A DNA stretch of 43,477 bases from Candidatus Daviesbacteria bacterium. GTDB taxonomy: Bacteria > Patescibacteriota > Microgenomatia > Daviesbacterales > UBA10151. Positions 8,284 to 17,621 of the stretch are shown piece by piece. The stretch spans positions 1 to 43,477 of the forward strand of contig JACPKL010000007.1 of NCBI GenBank assembly GCA_016187035.1, given 5' to 3'. The position numbers were made by a program, and so were the translations under genes. The first letter of the stretch is position 1, and every line of letters begins with the position of its first letter. The notes beneath the pieces were generated by a model, which was given only the letters and a program-made list of their open reading frames with translations, made no database searches and was not told the origin of the DNA.

Positions 8284-9661
8284 GAAGAATTTTATCCAGA
8301 AGCTTCTCTGACTTTTTCAGATAAACTATGTTGTATTTGGGGAAATATAAAAAGGTGGCAGGGGCATCTTCCAAAAGACTCTTTTGGAAATCAAAGTACT
8401 TTTGCTGCCTGTCTTCTAAAGTGATAATTTTTCTGCCATCTTCCAAATCTTTATCAGTCCTTTTAGAATCATAACCTGTTAAATTAGTTTTAGTTTGGGT
8501 GGCATGCCACAAAAAGTATTGATCTGGATCCTTAGGAATACTTTGGGTAATCAGTAAAGCTGCAAAATTTTGCGGGATACCAGATTCAATTCGAAGCTTT
8601 ATATCCAATCCTAAATCTTTCCATGAACTTATCACTTTGTTTCCCACTTCCTCTAAATTAGGAGTAGTGGTTAAAATTAGCTCTTCTTTTAGCTTTTCAT
8701 CAGATATAGAAGATTTAGCCCTTTCTAAAGCGCTTTTAGCAAGATCTATATTACCTAGATACTTTTTAGAATCTGGGTTATATGCCCAAAGGAATGAAGG
8801 ATAAGGATTATTAGCTATCTCCTCTGAATCAATTTTAGGAGTTGCATAAGCCAGTGCTTGGCGTAAAGACCTGTTTGAAAGAAGGGGGTTTTTAGTCTGA
8901 AATAAGATAGTTACCATCTTGGAATAATCAGTTTTTTGTTGAAGCTTTGTTTGGGAATTGTTTGAAAAAACTTTTGGATTAGAAATTCCCAGTAAAGCTT
9001 GAACCTCTCCTAAATTAAATCCGGTAATTCCAACTTTTTCATTAGGGTAAAAACGAACATAGATAACAGGCAGCTGGGGGTTAACACTTTTTAAAACAAT
9101 TTTAGTGATAAAGACTCGGGATTTTTCAAGTTTGGCAATTTTATATGGACCCATACCTATCATTGTTCCTCTTTTAATCACAGGCTTAGTTAATAAACTA
9201 GGTAAGGGAGAATATGGCTCTTTTAAGTTAAATTGAATTGTTTTATCATCTGGATAGGACTGTTCCAAACCAGGGATAGCAAAACCTATATCCTTTGATT
9301 TTACTTCTGAATTATCAATCCATCTTAAATTATCTTTAAGTTTAAATTTAAATACAGTTGCATCATTATTAATATCCCAACCAATTACCAGCTTCCCTTT
9401 AACTTTACCGTTCTCATCAGTTTCCACTAAAGGTTGGGAAATCAACTCAGTTACTTCTGCTGGTAGGTCATGCTCCTGGTAAGTACCAATAAACCCAATG
9501 CTAATAGAGTAAGGCTTTGAAAGTAACTTAAACTTAATTTGGGCAAAGAGAACAACTGTTACTATAAAGAAAGATACGCTGAATATTCCTTTGTGTCTTT
9601 TGATAAATTCCAGGGCAATCAAAAACCAAAGCTTAAGATGAGAATTAAATATTTTTTTCAT
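8255..9661 (-). CDS. ABC transporter substrate-binding protein, family 5 (OppA/DppA-like)
   Basis: N-terminal TM anchor; FKFKLKDNLRWID, GMGPYKI, LRQALAYA and PATFLYFP segments typical of SBP family 5. Confidence 0.8.
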   Translation of the reverse strand: MKKIFNSHLKLWFLIALEFIKRHKGIFSVSFFIVTVVLFAQIKFKLLSKPYSISIGFIGTYQEHDLPAEVTELISQPLVETDENGKVKGKLVIGWDINNDATVFKFKLKDNLRWIDNSEVKSKDIGFAIPGLEQSYPDDKTIQFNLKEPYSPLPSLLTKPVIKRGTMIGMGPYKIAKLEKSRVFITKIVLKSVNPQLPVIYVRFYPNEKVGITGFNLGEVQALLGISNPKVFSNNSQTKLQQKTDYSKMVTILFQTKNPLLSNRSLRQALAYATPKIDSEEIANNPYPSFLWAYNPDSKKYLGNIDLAKSALERAKSSISDEKLKEELILTTTPNLEEVGNKVISSWKDLGLDIKLRIESGIPQNFAALLITQSIPKDPDQYFLWHATQTKTNLTGYDSKRTDKDLEDGRKIITLEDRQQKYFDFQKSLLEDAPATFLYFPKYNIVYLKKSEKLLDKILRYVQTPGVD

Positions 9662-9663
9662 TC

Positions 9664-9879
9664 TCAGAGTAAGAGGCCGATTAAGGAAAAAATTATAAAG
9701 ACTGATGATAAAACAATAGTTGTGTAAAACAAAAGCTTCTCGGCTCCTCTTTTAGATCTATAAAAATTAAAACTCCCTCCAAAAGCAGCTCCTATTCCAG
9801 ATCCTTTTTGCTGGATAATAATTACTAAAATAAGCAAGACAGCTAAAATAATCTGAATTAAGTAAATAACTGATTTCAT
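9664..9879 (-). CDS. secG: Preprotein translocase subunit SecG
   Basis: Two TM helices with QQKGSGIGAAFGG and RSKRGAEK motifs. Confidence 0.9.
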   Translation of the reverse strand: MKSVIYLIQIILAVLLILVIIIQQKGSGIGAAFGGSFNFYRSKRGAEKLLFYTTIVLSSVFIIFSLIGLLL

Positions 9880-9898
9880 GTCTCTATTCTAACACAAT

Positions 9899-10300
9899 TT
9901 AATGAGCTAGCCACTGAAGGAAATGGGTAATAATACCTATCATGAAAGAGGCTACTACTGCTACCCAAAAAGTACTTAACCCTATAGCAGGAAGAGAGAT
10001 ACCAAAAAAATTTGCTCCTGGAAAATTATAAGGCAGCAGCTGAAAATCAGATATTATGGTAGTTAAGGCAAACAAAGCTAAAACATTAATAATCCAAGCA
10101 AATAATCCTAATGTTAATAAGTTAAGTGGTAAAAATAATATTTTCAAAAGTGGGACCAAAATAAAATTGATCAGCATAAAAGCAACTGCCCCAATCAGTA
10201 AACTCTTAATTCCCCCTGTATAGGTTAACCCTGGCAAATATCTTGTGGTGGCATAAAGGGAAACCAAATTTATGAGAAAATACCTTAGCAGAGTCTTCAT
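9899..10300 (-). CDS. 4-TM phage-holin-family (YvlD/DUF360-like) membrane protein
   Basis: PLNLLTLGLFAWIINVLAL signature; 133 aa hydrophobic. Confidence 0.85.
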   Translation of the reverse strand: MKTLLRYFLINLVSLYATTRYLPGLTYTGGIKSLLIGAVAFMLINFILVPLLKILFLPLNLLTLGLFAWIINVLALFALTTIISDFQLLPYNFPGANFFGISLPAIGLSTFWVAVVASFMIGIITHFLQWLAH

Positions 10301-11604
10301 CCTAATATTCTATCACGTAATTTTCTGTGATAGGAAATGGCAAATCTGTGGGATTCATCACGGAGTTTTTGCAGCAGCCTTAAAGATAAACTGCTCTTGG
10401 GTAATTTGATAATTTTACCTTCGGCAGGATAAAGCCACTCCCTTTTTTTGGCAAGACCAAAAACAGGAATTTGAAAATTGAAAATTGAAAATTGAAAATT
10501 TACTACTCTAGCCTGTCCCCTACCCCCATCTACTATTATTAGATCAGGGAATTGCCATTCTGTATGTTTTAACCTTCTTTTTATCATTTCTCTATGCATT
10601 CCTACATCATCTGGCCTGCCAGAAATTCTTATTTTAAATTTTCTATACTGGGATTTATCAATCTCACCAGCAATTATCACTACCATTGATCCTACCGCAT
10701 CTTTTCCGCCAATATTAGATATATCATAACCTTCAATTCTTCCAGGTAATTTATCTAAATTTAAATCTTTTTGTAGCTGCTTTAAAGCTAATTTATTTTC
10801 TTCTTCTAAAAAGTTAGGATTTTCTAAGTAAGCCTGGGCCCTATTAGTTTGAGTAAGATAAGAAATTCCATCTAACATTTTTTTTACTTGAGCAGCTTTT
10901 TCAAACTGCTGAGTCTTTGATAACTCCATCATTTCTTTTGATAATCCTGATACCAACTCTTCCTTTTTCCCTTCTAAGAATTTAGAGAATCTTTTGATAA
11001 TCTTGCTATATTCTTCTTTATTAATCATTCCTGTACACAAACCAGGGCACAATCCTAAATGATAATAGAAACAAGCTCTATGTTTAGCCTGCCCCGTACC
11101 ATACGATACTGGAGCCTGCAACCTCGAAGGTTGCAGCGTGAATTTGGGAGGGTTGCTACACCAGGGAAAAACCCTTCTAAGTTGCTTCAGAGTATTCCTT
11201 ACTGTCCTGGATGAAGGAAAAGGGCCAAAAAACTTTTTAACTGTTTTTAAATCTTTTTTCCTGATCGTGACTACTTTAGGAAACTGTTCATTTGATATAC
11301 CAATATAAAGAAAGTCTTTATCATCAGTTAATCTGATATTAAAAGGCGGAAGGTGTTTTTTAATCAAGTTAGCCTCCAGAATTAGGGCCTCTAATTCTGA
11401 TTCAGTAATATAGGTTTCAACTGAGGATATATTGGATACTAAGGCAGCAGTTCTACCATCAACATTACGGTTAAAATATGAGGAGACACGGTGATATAAA
11501 TTAATAGCTTTTCCAACATACAAAATATCTTCTTGGCTGCTTTTAAATATATAAACCCCACTTTTTTTGGGTAATTTTTCCTTGTTTAAAAAGGAAGGAA
11601 TCAT
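10297..11604 (-). CDS. uvrC: Excinuclease ABC subunit C (short form, no obvious C-terminal HhH)
   Basis: GIY-YIG region (GVYIF, LYVGKA), RIEGYDISN, PDLIIVDGGRGQ and RDESHRFA motifs. Confidence 0.95.
   Translation of the reverse strand: MIPSFLNKEKLPKKSGVYIFKSSQEDILYVGKAINLYHRVSSYFNRNVDGRTAALVSNISSVETYITESELEALILEANLIKKHLPPFNIRLTDDKDFLYIGISNEQFPKVVTIRKKDLKTVKKFFGPFPSSRTVRNTLKQLRRVFPWCSNPPKFTLQPSRLQAPVSYGTGQAKHRACFYYHLGLCPGLCTGMINKEEYSKIIKRFSKFLEGKKEELVSGLSKEMMELSKTQQFEKAAQVKKMLDGISYLTQTNRAQAYLENPNFLEEENKLALKQLQKDLNLDKLPGRIEGYDISNIGGKDAVGSMVVIIAGEIDKSQYRKFKIRISGRPDDVGMHREMIKRRLKHTEWQFPDLIIVDGGRGQARVVNFQFSIFNFQIPVFGLAKKREWLYPAEGKIIKLPKSSLSLRLLQKLRDESHRFAISYHRKLRDRILG
10471..10500. repeat. Heptamer tandem repeat (TTGAAAA)x4 inside uvrC
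   Basis: Four perfect 7-bp units; encodes NFQFSIFNFQ. Confidence 0.9.
11082..11144. repeat. Composite 63-nt family B element in frame within uvrC, containing a nested 27-nt insert
   Basis: GTTTAGCCTG-[CCCCGTACCATACGATACTGGAGCCTG]-CAACCTCGAAGGTTGCAGCGTGAATT; AGCCTG duplicated at 11086-11091 and 11113-11118. Confidence 0.85.
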
Positions 11605-11628
11605 AAGGGAAGTATTTTACTAAATTTT

Positions 11629-13524
11629 TTACCTTTTTGCTTTAACTGAAGCTTTGGCTTTGTAGATATGAGTCCCTAAAATAATAAAATAAATTATTCC
11701 CATAAGAGCAACAATACCAATGGTAATAAAGGGAAAGGTTTGAAAAATAATAAATGGTTGTACTTTTATGTCTTTGGAAAATTTCTGGCTACCAATTAAG
11801 ACAGTTATTGTATCATTAAATCTATCAAATAAAGTTTTTGTTCTGATATTAAAATCAAAAGTAGACTCACCAAAGGCTGGGATTGGACCTAAAATTTGGC
11901 TTTCTCCTCCCAGAACAATTAATTTATTGCTTTTAACTATTAAATCATCTGATGGATAAAAAGCATTACCTACATTAGAAATTTTAACTTTGATTTTTCC
12001 GGGAAATCCTGCCAAAAATGGATTGGGGCTGTCTATTTTAACATCTAAAAGAGGCGTTCCCAAAAAGTCATTTTCTGATAGGTTAACTTTAACATCACGG
12101 GTATCCTGGTTTTCAAACTTATATGAACCTGCTGGAATAGGAGATTCAGAAGAACTTCCCCTGGTAACAAAAACAAAATGGTTTAGGTCAAATTTATTAA
12201 AATAATCAACTCCCCCAGAGGTGTTCTCCCAGGTTGGATCAACCATTACCCAACCTTTTTTATCATCCCAATACTGCGGCCAGGAATGTAAAATGTCTTT
12301 TGTAAAAGAAAGAGGACGCAGGGTGGTGTTGGTGGTATAGGCATAACCATCAAGCTCTCTGGCTGGAATATTTGCAGCACGGGCAAAAGCTATAAACAAA
12401 TCAGTAAATTCCATACAAACTGCAGAATCTGGATTGTTTAACGCTGTAACTGCCCCTAACCTTTCTATATTATCCTTAAGTCTGCCTGAATCATACTTGA
12501 GAGTGTTTACTACATATTGATAAATTAATTTAACTTTATCTTCTTCTTTGGCATCAGCTAAAATTTCTTTAAGCTTAGCTTGAATTTGTGGATGGTCTTT
12601 TTCCCAATATTTAGCTGGCTGGGTATATTTTTTCCTTAAATTATTATCTAAGTTAGGTCTTTTAACTTTACTTATGGTGTATAGTTTAGAGGAACCGATC
12701 AGTTTAACATCCAATTTTTCATTTCTGTTTAATTTATACCAAGCTAAATAATTACCATCATCATCAACAGTTACATTTAAAGGTTTAGGCTCAAAACGTT
12801 GGTAAATAACATCTTGGTAAGCTGTATCTGGAGGTAGAGCAATGTTGGTTAAAATAGGTACTAAATTATTATTTTCTAAATGATAGGTCAGGTTAAAATC
12901 AAATAGCTGATTGGTGCCAAAACTAGCTGAAACTCCAGATTGTTCAAGTTGGTCTTTGTTAAAAGTTAAAAATATTTTACCACCTGATTTGGATTGAGTT
13001 TTAGGGGTAGGGGAGATGGCAGTTGGCTCACCAAATTCTACAGGGACAGAAATAGTCAGGTTATAATCTAATAAATTTTCAGAAGAAACTTTGGGAGCTC
13101 TTATCTCCCAGACCTTTCCTAAATTCTGGGCAAAATCTTTAGATTTAAATTGAAGAGTCCAGGGTAAAACTTTGTTTATACCTGCTACCTGCTGATTAAA
13201 TTTAACTGAAATAATGGTTGAGGTATTTTTTTGCTCAGGGGTAACTTGCATAATCCCTCCCCCATCAGAAGCTTTAATATCAGAAATTTGGGTTGCACCA
13301 ATAATTAACTTAAATTGATTAGCATAATATTCTGAGGTCAGGTTTGTTAAATTAATTTTTTCAGTAACTGTGGTAATACCTGATTGATCTATGTCATACA
13401 AAACATTATAAGAGGTGGCAAATTCCTCAGCAGCATAAACAGTAGACAAAGTGCAGGTTACAGTGAGCAGGAAGAACAAGATACTGTAAACTAAAACCTG
13501 TAACCTGAAGCCTCTTTTAAACAT
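11629..13524 (-). CDS. Transglutaminase-like domain membrane protein
   Basis: Catalytic-triad motifs CMEFTDLF, HSWPQYW and VDPTW; signal peptide and C-terminal TM helix. Confidence 0.9.
   Translation of the reverse strand: MFKRGFRLQVLVYSILFFLLTVTCTLSTVYAAEEFATSYNVLYDIDQSGITTVTEKINLTNLTSEYYANQFKLIIGATQISDIKASDGGGIMQVTPEQKNTSTIISVKFNQQVAGINKVLPWTLQFKSKDFAQNLGKVWEIRAPKVSSENLLDYNLTISVPVEFGEPTAISPTPKTQSKSGGKIFLTFNKDQLEQSGVSASFGTNQLFDFNLTYHLENNNLVPILTNIALPPDTAYQDVIYQRFEPKPLNVTVDDDGNYLAWYKLNRNEKLDVKLIGSSKLYTISKVKRPNLDNNLRKKYTQPAKYWEKDHPQIQAKLKEILADAKEEDKVKLIYQYVVNTLKYDSGRLKDNIERLGAVTALNNPDSAVCMEFTDLFIAFARAANIPARELDGYAYTTNTTLRPLSFTKDILHSWPQYWDDKKGWVMVDPTWENTSGGVDYFNKFDLNHFVFVTRGSSSESPIPAGSYKFENQDTRDVKVNLSENDFLGTPLLDVKIDSPNPFLAGFPGKIKVKISNVGNAFYPSDDLIVKSNKLIVLGGESQILGPIPAFGESTFDFNIRTKTLFDRFNDTITVLIGSQKFSKDIKVQPFIIFQTFPFITIGIVALMGIIYFIILGTHIYKAKASVKAKR
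13440..13507. repeat. Two degenerate heptamer-period tracts in the signal-peptide region of the transglutaminase-like gene
   Basis: CAGTAGA CAAAGTG CAGGTTA CAGTGAG CAG (13440-13470) and CTGTAAA CTAAAAC CTGTAAC CTG (13484-13507). Confidence 0.6.
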
Positions 13525-13567
13525 TCATAATATTGTAGCAAAAACAAACCTGGGAAGCTAATCTAGA

Positions 13568-13604
13568 AGTTTAGCTTGCAACCTCGAAGGTTGTATCGTA
13601 AACT
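13568..13604. repeat. REP-like family B element upstream of RAYT-2; doubles as a putative promoter
   Basis: AGTTTAGCTTG-CAACC-TCGAA-GGTTG-TATCGTAAACT; TTGCAA (13576-81), 17 nt, TAAACT (13599-604), 6 nt, ATG. Confidence 0.9.
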
Positions 13605-13610
13605 AAAATT

Positions 13611-14264
13611 ATGCCAGGAAGAATAATTCCGCTAGTAACTGGAGAGTTTTATCATATTTATAATCGAGGCAGTGAAAAAAGGGATATTTTTACTCAATCA
13701 AGGGATTATCGCAGATTTCAAAAAACCTTTTACTACTACCAATTCTTAGGTCCTAAACCAAGTTTCTCTAAATTTTCAAAACCCGACTTGAATTCTTTCA
13801 AAGCTAATCCTGATAAGAAAATTGTTGATGTGATATGTTACGCTCTTATGCCAAACCATTTCCATTTCCTGCTTCGCCAGCTTAAAGAAAATGGAATTTC
13901 AATATTTTTGAGTCAACTTTCAAATAGCTACACAAAATACTTCAATACTAAATATAAAAGAGTAGGACCTCTCCTTCAGGGAGCATTCAAAGCAGTCCTT
14001 ATAGAATCAGAGGAACAACTAATACACTTATCCCGTTATATCCACCTTAATCCAGTAGTTTCTGGGCTGACTAAAAATTTAGGTAGTTACCATTGGTCTT
14101 CTTATACAGAATATATGAGTGGTCAGACATTATACTGCTCTCCGGAAGAAATCCTTAGTCTTTATCCAACTGTCAAAAATTATCAGAAATTTGTAGAAGC
14201 TCAAATAGAGTATGGTACTACTTTGGAAATACTAAAACATAGAATAATAGCTGAAGATATCTAA
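13611..14264 (+). mobile_element. REP-associated tyrosine transposase (RAYT/TnpA-REP-like, HUH Y1 family), copy 2
   Basis: YHIYNRG, YALMPNHFHFLL (HUH), YTKYFN, RYIHLNP and YHWSSY motifs; family B palindromes on both sides. Confidence 0.9.
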
Positions 14265-14269
14265 AATTC

Positions 14270-14330
14270 GTGCGTCAACCTCGAAGGCCTTCGGCCGTGA
14301 GCCTCAGGCCGAATCGGTTGCAGGCTAAAT
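14270..14330. repeat. Family B element downstream of RAYT-2, interrupted by a 30-nt hairpin
   Basis: GCGTCAACCTCGAAGG-[CCTTCGGCCGTGAGCCTCAGGCCGAATCGG]-TTGCAGGCTAAAT. Confidence 0.85.
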
Positions 14331-14352
14331 ATAGGTGTAAACATAAATATTA

Positions 14353-14628
14353 TTATAATTGTTCAGGCCTATCTCTAAAGACTATATAGCAATGACTATC
14401 GATATTATATCTAGCCTGACTAGTATCAATGGATCCTTCACTTAATTGCCTTTGGACTTTTGGAACGTATCTCCTAAAATCTTCTTCTAATTTGGCTAAT
14501 ATGTGCAGACCTCTTCTTAATCTCCACCTGTACTCATTAGGTGCTCCCCACCTAGGTGGATCTGTTCGTCTATGGCTAGTGACATCGATTTTGTTAAGTT
14601 TTACTAAAATTTCCACTACATTACCCAT
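14353..14628 (-). CDS. Small hypothetical protein
   Basis: 91-aa ORF; extended -10 TGA-TAGAAT (14636-14641) 7 nt before ATG. Confidence 0.55.
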   Translation of the reverse strand: MGNVVEILVKLNKIDVTSHRRTDPPRWGAPNEYRWRLRRGLHILAKLEEDFRRYVPKVQRQLSEGSIDTSQARYNIDSHCYIVFRDRPEQL

Positions 14629-14659
14629 AAAAAATATTCTATCATACTATAGGGTCGTA

Positions 14660-17572
14660 TCACAAGATCTTTGTCAGATATTGACCTGTGTAGGAGGATT
14701 TGATTTTGGAAATATCTTTGGGAGTACCTTCTGCTACAATCCTACCCCCTCCTACTCCACCTTCTGGACCTAGATCAATTACCCAGTCTGTATTTTTAAT
14801 CACATCTAAATTATGCTCAATAATTATGACTGTATTGCCAAAATAAGTAAGCTTTCTTAAAATATTTAATAACCTCTCTATATCTGCAAAATGCAAGCCT
14901 GTTGTTGGCTCATCTAAAATATAAACAGTCTGGCCTGTTTGCCTTTTGGATAATTCTGCTGACAGCTTAATTCTTTGGGCTTCCCCCCCTGACAAAGTGG
15001 GAGCGCTCTGGCCCAGTTTGATATAACCTAATCCAACATCATTTAGAACCTCAAGTTTATTTTTTAAATTAGGAATATTTTCAAAAAACTTTAAAGCTTC
15101 CTCGCAAGTCATATTTAAAACCTCTGAGATATTTTTTTCTTTAAAATGAATATCCAAAGCTTCCTGGTTGTATCTTGCTCCATTACAGGCTTCACAAGTC
15201 ACATACACATCCGGCAAAAACTGCATCTCAATTTTTAATTGCCCTTCTCCCTCACATACCTCACACCTGCCCCCTTTAACATTAAAAGAAAATCTGCCTG
15301 GCCCATAACCTCTGATTTTGCTTTCCGGACTTTGAGAAAACAACTCCCTGATAAAAGTAAAGCAGGAGGTATAAGTAGCAGGATTGGATCTGGGTGTCCT
15401 GCCAATTGGGGATTGGTCTACTAGAACTACTTTATCCACAAATTCTGTGCCTGTTAAATCCTGAAAGCTACCCGGTCTTTCCTTAGACCTGTAGATTTTT
15501 TGGGCTAAAGCCTTATATAAAATATCATGGATTAAAGTTGACTTACCTGAACCTGATACTCCTGTGATGGCTATAAATTGACTTAGCGGAAAATTAACAT
15601 TAATATTTTTCAAATTATGCTCTGAGGCGCCTGTTAATTTAAGATTACCAACATTAACATAATCTCTTTTTAATTCCCCGTTAACCTTAACTTGTTTCTT
15701 ACCTGATAAATACTGCCCTGTTAAAGAATTTTTATTTTTTTTAATCTGCTCAGGAGAACCAATAGCCACAATATTACCCCCATGCCCGCCTGCACCAGGC
15801 CCGATTTCCACCATTAAGTCTGCATTTTCCATCATCTCTGCGTCATGCTCATTAACTATCACAGTATTACCTAAATCCCTAAGTCTTTTTAGTGTTTCAA
15901 TTAATCTGCTGTTGTCTCTTTGATGTAAACCAATAGATGGTTCATCCAAAACATACAAAACTCCTGAAAGTCCTGAACCTATTTGGGAAGCCAGTCTGAT
16001 TCTTTGGGATTCTCCCCCAGCTAAAGTCATAGCAGCCCTGTCTAAAGTTAAATAATCCAAACCTACATCAACTAAAAACTGCAGACGCTGGTGAATTTCC
16101 TTAATAATAGGTTGGGCAATCTGGTTTTCCCGCCCAGTCAACCCACCCTTAGGGTGTGAAGCTAACTTGTTTATCCATCCCAATGCCTCTTTAATAGATT
16201 GTGTGGTAACTTCAGCAATACTTAGCCCATCTATGATAATAGATAAGGCTTCTTCTTTAAGCCTGGCCCCGGCACATTTAGGGCAGGTTTCCCTGTACAT
16301 ATATTTTTCTATTTCACTCTTTACATAATCCGATTCTGTTTGCTGGTATCTTTCTTTTAAATAAGGCACTAAACCCTGGTATGCAGAATAAAAGTAGGTC
16401 CATCTGCCTTGTCGATTCTTTCCTTCTACTTTAAATTTCTCCTCCCCTGCTCCTTGAAGTAAAATATTCCTGGCCTTTTCTGTTAACTGACCTAATCTTG
16501 TTTTTAAGTCAAAACCATATTCTTTTCCAACAGCTTCAATCAGCCTGGAAAACCAGCTTTCTTGAGTAGCGAGCTTCGACCAGGGTAAAATCCCACCCTC
16601 AGCAATAGACAGGATCGGGTTTAATACCATATCAGGATCTATTTCCAAAAGAGAACCTAAACCATTACAAGTAAGACAAGCCCCATGAGGGGAATTAAAA
16701 GAAAACAGCCTGGGTTCTACTTCAGATAAAGCTAAATTATCCAAAGGACAGGCAAACCTTTCTGAATACAAATGATCTTCCATTTTTTTAGGGTTTTGAG
16801 GAAATTCCAATGATGCATCTTTGACTTCAGAAATTATTACAGAACCTTCACCTAATTTGACTGCTGTCTCAATACTTTGTGACAATCTTGAGGTAAAACT
16901 TTGTTCATGAATAACTTTTTTATCCAAAACTAAACGATCTACTACCACATCAATGGTATGTTTATTAGTTTTAATCAGGAATAAGTCTTCACTTAAATCC
17001 CTAATTTGTTTATCAATTCTGGCTTTAGAAAAACCCTTTTTTCTCAAATCCTCAAACAAAGATGAGTATTCCCCTTTTCTGTCTTTTACCACAGGGGCCA
17101 AAATCATAATTCTGTTTCCCTTACTTTTGACTTTTACATTTTGATTTTTGACTTGTTCTACTATCTGCTCCACACTCATCCTGGAAATTTCCCTGCCACA
17201 TTTAGGACAATGCGGGTGGCCAATCCTGGCAAAAAGAAGCCTTAAATAATCATAAATTTCAGTAGTAGTGCCAACTGTGGATCTGGGGTTATGGGATACT
17301 CCTTTTTGGTCAATAGAAATAGCAGGCGAAAGTCCCTCAATATAATCTACATCTGGTTTATCCATTATCCCCAAAAATTGCCTGGCATAAGCTGATAAGG
17401 ATTCTACATATCTTCTTTGTCCCTCAGCATATAAAGTATCAAAGGCTAAAGAGGATTTGCCTGAACCGGAAATCCCGGTAAAAACCACCAGTTTATTTTT
17501 GGGGATTTCCAAATCAATATTTTTTAAATTGTGCTCACGGGCTCCCCTAATTATTATTTTGTCGATTGCCAT
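14660..17572 (-). CDS. uvrA: Excinuclease ABC subunit A
   Basis: Two Walker A motifs ([16 protein letters not shown]), LAGGESQR and LSGGEAQR signatures, zinc fingers; 970 aa. Confidence 0.99.
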   Translation of the reverse strand: MAIDKIIIRGAREHNLKNIDLEIPKNKLVVFTGISGSGKSSLAFDTLYAEGQRRYVESLSAYARQFLGIMDKPDVDYIEGLSPAISIDQKGVSHNPRSTVGTTTEIYDYLRLLFARIGHPHCPKCGREISRMSVEQIVEQVKNQNVKVKSKGNRIMILAPVVKDRKGEYSSLFEDLRKKGFSKARIDKQIRDLSEDLFLIKTNKHTIDVVVDRLVLDKKVIHEQSFTSRLSQSIETAVKLGEGSVIISEVKDASLEFPQNPKKMEDHLYSERFACPLDNLALSEVEPRLFSFNSPHGACLTCNGLGSLLEIDPDMVLNPILSIAEGGILPWSKLATQESWFSRLIEAVGKEYGFDLKTRLGQLTEKARNILLQGAGEEKFKVEGKNRQGRWTYFYSAYQGLVPYLKERYQQTESDYVKSEIEKYMYRETCPKCAGARLKEEALSIIIDGLSIAEVTTQSIKEALGWINKLASHPKGGLTGRENQIAQPIIKEIHQRLQFLVDVGLDYLTLDRAAMTLAGGESQRIRLASQIGSGLSGVLYVLDEPSIGLHQRDNSRLIETLKRLRDLGNTVIVNEHDAEMMENADLMVEIGPGAGGHGGNIVAIGSPEQIKKNKNSLTGQYLSGKKQVKVNGELKRDYVNVGNLKLTGASEHNLKNINVNFPLSQFIAITGVSGSGKSTLIHDILYKALAQKIYRSKERPGSFQDLTGTEFVDKVVLVDQSPIGRTPRSNPATYTSCFTFIRELFSQSPESKIRGYGPGRFSFNVKGGRCEVCEGEGQLKIEMQFLPDVYVTCEACNGARYNQEALDIHFKEKNISEVLNMTCEEALKFFENIPNLKNKLEVLNDVGLGYIKLGQSAPTLSGGEAQRIKLSAELSKRQTGQTVYILDEPTTGLHFADIERLLNILRKLTYFGNTVIIIEHNLDVIKNTDWVIDLGPEGGVGGGRIVAEGTPKDISKIKSSYTGQYLTKIL
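16137..16166. repeat. REP-like family E element (CACCCTTAGGGTG) in frame within uvrA
   Basis: GTCAACC-CACCC-TTA-GGGTG-TGAAGCTAAC; encodes LASHPKGGL; same core as the intergenic copy at 29985-30003. Confidence 0.75.
17124..17151. repeat. Degenerate heptamer tandem repeat inside uvrA
   Basis: CTTTTGA CTTTTAC ATTTTGA TTTTTGA; encodes [10 protein letters not shown]. Confidence 0.65.
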
Positions 17573-17621
17573 ATTTTTCCCGAAAATTTAAAGTTATATT
17601 TTAACAACTTTGGCAAGATTT

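Noticed and set aside
9899-10300. Holin-family gene as evidence of a prophage
   Set aside because: This 4-TM family is common in bacterial chromosomes; no integrase, terminase or structural genes nearby
11111-11114. GGAG as a canonical REP tetranucleotide foot of the uvrC copy
   Set aside because: It belongs to the nested 27-nt insert; the real foot is GTTTAG at 11082-11087
7558-14264. Y1 transposases as ordinary IS200/IS605 insertion sequences
   Set aside because: No tnpB partner; the proteins are longer (217-222 aa) with RAYT-type YIHLNP and WSS C-terminal motifs; the flanking hairpins are dispersed as stand-alone copies
14429-14773. 114-aa plus-strand ORF
   Set aside because: Overlaps uvrA and the 91-aa ORF on the opposite strand; the latter has promoter support
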